Origin: Diplonema japonicum
Taxonomy: Eukaryota > Protista > Euglenozoa: Diplonemea
Assembly: GCA_964019335.1 (NCBI GenBank)
Contig: OZ025710.1
Span: 1-64,000, forward strand
Length of the DNA: 64,000 nucleotides
Reading direction: 5' to 3'
Each line of letters starts with the position of its first letter. The first letter of the stretch is position 1. The position numbers and the translations under genes were made by a program. Under the pieces are notes generated by a model. It worked only from the letters and a program-made list of their open reading frames with translations, ran no database searches and was not told the DNA's origin. Positions 60,932-64,000 of the stretch are shown here, piece by piece.

Positions 60932-61015
60932 CCAGTTTGGAGCTTCATTTGTTTGTGCGCACGAGCGGTATTTTTTACCAAGCAACATTACTCACTACGC
61001 CGCCATCAACTAGTT
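60803..61015. repeat. Two imperfect ~62-bp direct repeats (60803-60863, 60953-61015), each followed by an A-rich tract
   Basis: The copies share TTGTGCGCACGAGCGGTATTTT and ACGC.GCCATCAACTAGTT; the middles differ. Confidence 0.8.
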
Positions 61016-61166
61016 TCGATGATTTTTTGGAAAAAAAAAAAAGGAAAAAAAAACCCACCTTCTTTTTTCTCTTTGTCGAACAAAGACCAAATATAGTAGA
61101 AGAAACAAAAAAAAAAGAGATGAGATAAAGGAGGTTCCTGTTTTGGAACGTCCCCCTTGTCTCTAC

Positions 61167-64000
61167 TTATCTACCCCTTTCTCCCTTCTGGGGCCTCGGC
61201 CTTTCTTTCTTTTTTGGCTGTGTTGCCTTCCTCAAAGTATCCTCCCTTTCTTCTTGCCACTTTCTGCCCAGTTTCTTAAGGTCCTTCTTGGTTTTCTCTG
61301 ATGCAAAAACTGGCCTTCTGTTCCATCCCAGACTCTTCTTCGCACCTATGGTTCTAAGCGCGTGGTTCTTCTGGCTCTCCGCTGGGAAGATCCGCTTGCC
61401 TCTGACCTTCTTCTGTATGCGTGCTGTGTCCCACCCCTCTTGGATTCTTTCCAGGAGGCCGTGGAAACTCCGCGCTTTCTTCTGTATCATGTCTAGATCA
61501 CCCTTCTTCCCCGTGATCGGCTCGACGCCCAGCGTGTTCTCGAAGTCTAGTACGAGTTCCATTGTGGTGACTGTCGTCTTCCTCGGTCCATCGTACCACT
61601 TCAGCTTTTTGAGCCACTTGACGATGTCTTCACCGTGCTTCATCATCAGGCTCCCGCTCACATGCTTCCTCAGCTCCTTCCATTCAGGTGGCGCATGAGC
61701 GTTTCCTTCCGTTATCTGTTCCCAGGGGTGCGTCGTGTACGTTTCTAGCTTTCTCTTGTCCTGGAGAAGCTGGTCCCGTTTTGCCACCACTTCCAGCAGG
61801 TAGTATTGCGTCTTCCTCAGCCGGTGTTGGTGTGTTCGGTGATCACGCGGGAGCGTTCCATGTAGCTGCATGCAGATTGGCATTTCCGTCTTGCTGGCCA
61901 CTACTTCTGCATGTACTTCCTTCTGTTGCACCTCCTTCGCCACACTGCATTCCCATAATGCGTGTCGCAGCATGTTGCTCTCGTCCTCCTCCGCACCGCA
62001 CGCGTCGCATGTGACTTCGTCTGTTGTTGGTCTCTTGTTCACACGCTCGTGTGTCTCGTCCCCTTCCTCTTCCGAGCTGTCCTCGCTTTCGCTCTGCTCG
62101 CCCTCTGGGGGTGGTACCCGTCTGGTGATTTTGTCCTGGTACCACGCCTTTGGGTGGGTGTAGAAAACCCCTCCCGCCACGATCCTCCGGAGGTCTCTCG
62201 CTGCCATTGCTCCTTGTGGTCCGAGTCTCATCAGCTCTCGCCACAGGTCGTTCGTGCGTGGGTCTGCGCCCCGGTCTAACCCCTCCATCGAGCGTCTTCT
62301 GTCCTGTATGTGTTCCGCACGTCCCGACCTTAGCTTTTCTCGCACTACATGTGCGAATTTGTCCTTGTTCTCAGCTAGCATTTCGGTGAACTGCCCCCAG
62401 TTTGTGCTGATCTTCGGGAGCCACCGCTTCATCGCGTTGCCTATCGGGCCCAAAGGTGTCGTTCTTGTCGGGTCTTGGTACCCTTTGGCAAGTCTCTGGC
62501 ACCGCTCCCACACCTCTCCCAATTTTCGTCTCGTTCTGTATATGGCTGCTAGTGCTCTGTAGGGCGCTGCTACCTCTGGGTCGTGTGTGTGTCCGCTGAA
62601 CAGGTTTGACAGCACCGCCGCTGGTGATCTTGTTCTGTACCTCGGTCCCCACAAGGCGTATGTCGCGGTTGATGTGAGCGATTTGAGGTATCCTTCCGAC
62701 GGCGGCGCGAATGCAACATCATACAGACAGCTGGGTAGCACCGTTGTTCGCAGGACTTCCGCTTTCTGCCAGAAAGAGAGCTGAGTGGTCGCGAGCCTCC
62801 GTAGCGTGTCGCCCGCCGCCCTGGCCCTGGTGTTGTCCGTCTGCGTCTGACCATCCGTGCGTATCCTCGCCCCCAGGATCTTGATCTTGTTCGTGGACCG
62901 CAGCTGCCTTCCTGCTACCTCTATCCCTGGTGCCTTCGCTCCTGCTGCGAACACTTCGGACTTCTTCGTGTTGAGCTCCATGCCAACTATGTCGCAGAAT
63001 GCGGATGCACTGCCCGTGGCTTTTTGTAGTACTTCTGCTAGTTTCGCCAACAGGTATGCGTCGTCCGCATACGACAGAGTCTCCGCTCCCGTTCGTTCCT
63101 CCACACTCCTCATCAAGACCGCTAGTAGAGCGTTGATCATGATGATGGAGATCGGGCACCCTTGCAGGATTCCGTTTGTGGTTGTGAACTCCTCGCCTAC
63201 TCCTGTCGCGTATCTGAATCTCCTTCTGAGACCCTTGTACATCCCTTCTAACGCTCTCAGGATACCTTTGTCCATTCCCATCCGTTCCATCAGCTTCAGC
63301 ACCAGTTGTTGTGGAACTGTGTCAAAACACTTGGCGAAGTCTAGTGCGACACCCAACAACGGTGTCTTGTCCATCGCTGCTTCCTCTATCCTGGTGCAGA
63401 TGTCCATGAGAACGTCCTCTGTCCCATGTCTGGCCCTAAACCCGTGTTGAGTTTTGTGGATCCAGGATTCTTGCCATTCGAGAATATCACCAAGCCTTGT
63501 GCACGCCCATAATCTGTACACTGCCGACGTGACTGTTATGGGCCGATGCTCGAGTGGTCCTGCGTTCTTGGTCTTCGGGATAAGGGTCACCAGAGCTGTC
63601 AACGCCGACTCCGGCCATTTTCCTGTCTCCTCTACCTCATTGAGGAAAACAGCCCATGCGTCCAATATGGATACTGGTAGCCTTCGTAGCTCTGCCATCC
63701 GCCAGCCGTCTACCCCCGCTGCGCTTCTGGCCGTCTTTTTCTTCAGCACCTGCTTCAGGCGTATCCCAGTGATCGGTGTCCACACCATGTCTCTTTTTTC
63801 GATGTACGCACCGTACTCCTTCTCGAATGTTGCGTACGCGGGCTGGGGCTTGTCTCTGTATTTCGCAAAGACATGTTCCCAATGTTCCCTCATTGTCCTG
63901 TCCAATTCCTGCGGGTTTGCAATCGTGTCCTTTTCCATCTCCACAGTTGCTGTCCCCCGCTTGTCCTCGATTCCTTTCGCGCTGTCCACGAGCTCCTTCG
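61167..64000 (-). mobile_element. Non-LTR (LINE-like) retrotransposon ORF: reverse transcriptase + CCHC zinc knuckle; 5' part lies beyond the window
   Basis: Motifs AAGVDGW, LIPK..RPITV, QHGFR, LDFAKCFDTV, GILQGCPIS, YADD, LNTKKS and CDACG..LRHALWEC. The frame is open to the window edge. Confidence 0.95.

Overview
Eukaryotic nuclear DNA, most likely from a diplonemid (Euglenozoa). It contains two exact copies of a diplonemid-type spliced-leader (SL) exon, nearly all genes lie on the minus strand, and GC-rich coding DNA alternates with homopolymer-rich spacers. From left to right: (1) a 779-bp (TTTGCGGG)n array. It looks telomere-like, but its G-rich strand points into the window. It is joined directly to a head-to-tail chain of two SL-headed segments: a ~200-nt segment with no ATG, and a frameshifted AlkB dioxygenase. 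Both lack the first SL nucleotide and the chain truncates a third gene, which suggests reverse-transcribed, template-jumped mature RNAs. (2) A second AlkB relic. (3) A secreted multidomain tyrosinase. (4) A 39-kb uninterrupted ORF for a ~13,000-aa type I membrane protein with 18 VWA domains, ~32 EGF-like repeats, C-type lectin modules and very many CxW cysteine repeats. (5) A 13-exon cytoskeletal gene (HEAT + 2 CH + SH3-like + coiled coil) rebuilt by hand, with ten 31-41-nt introns. (6) Mobile-element debris: a Crypton-like fragment, a ~150-bp foldback, a deleted piggyBac with 14-bp TIRs and a CTAA target duplication, and the 3' part of an intact non-LTR retrotransposon ORF. All family assignments come from motif recognition by eye; no database search was run.
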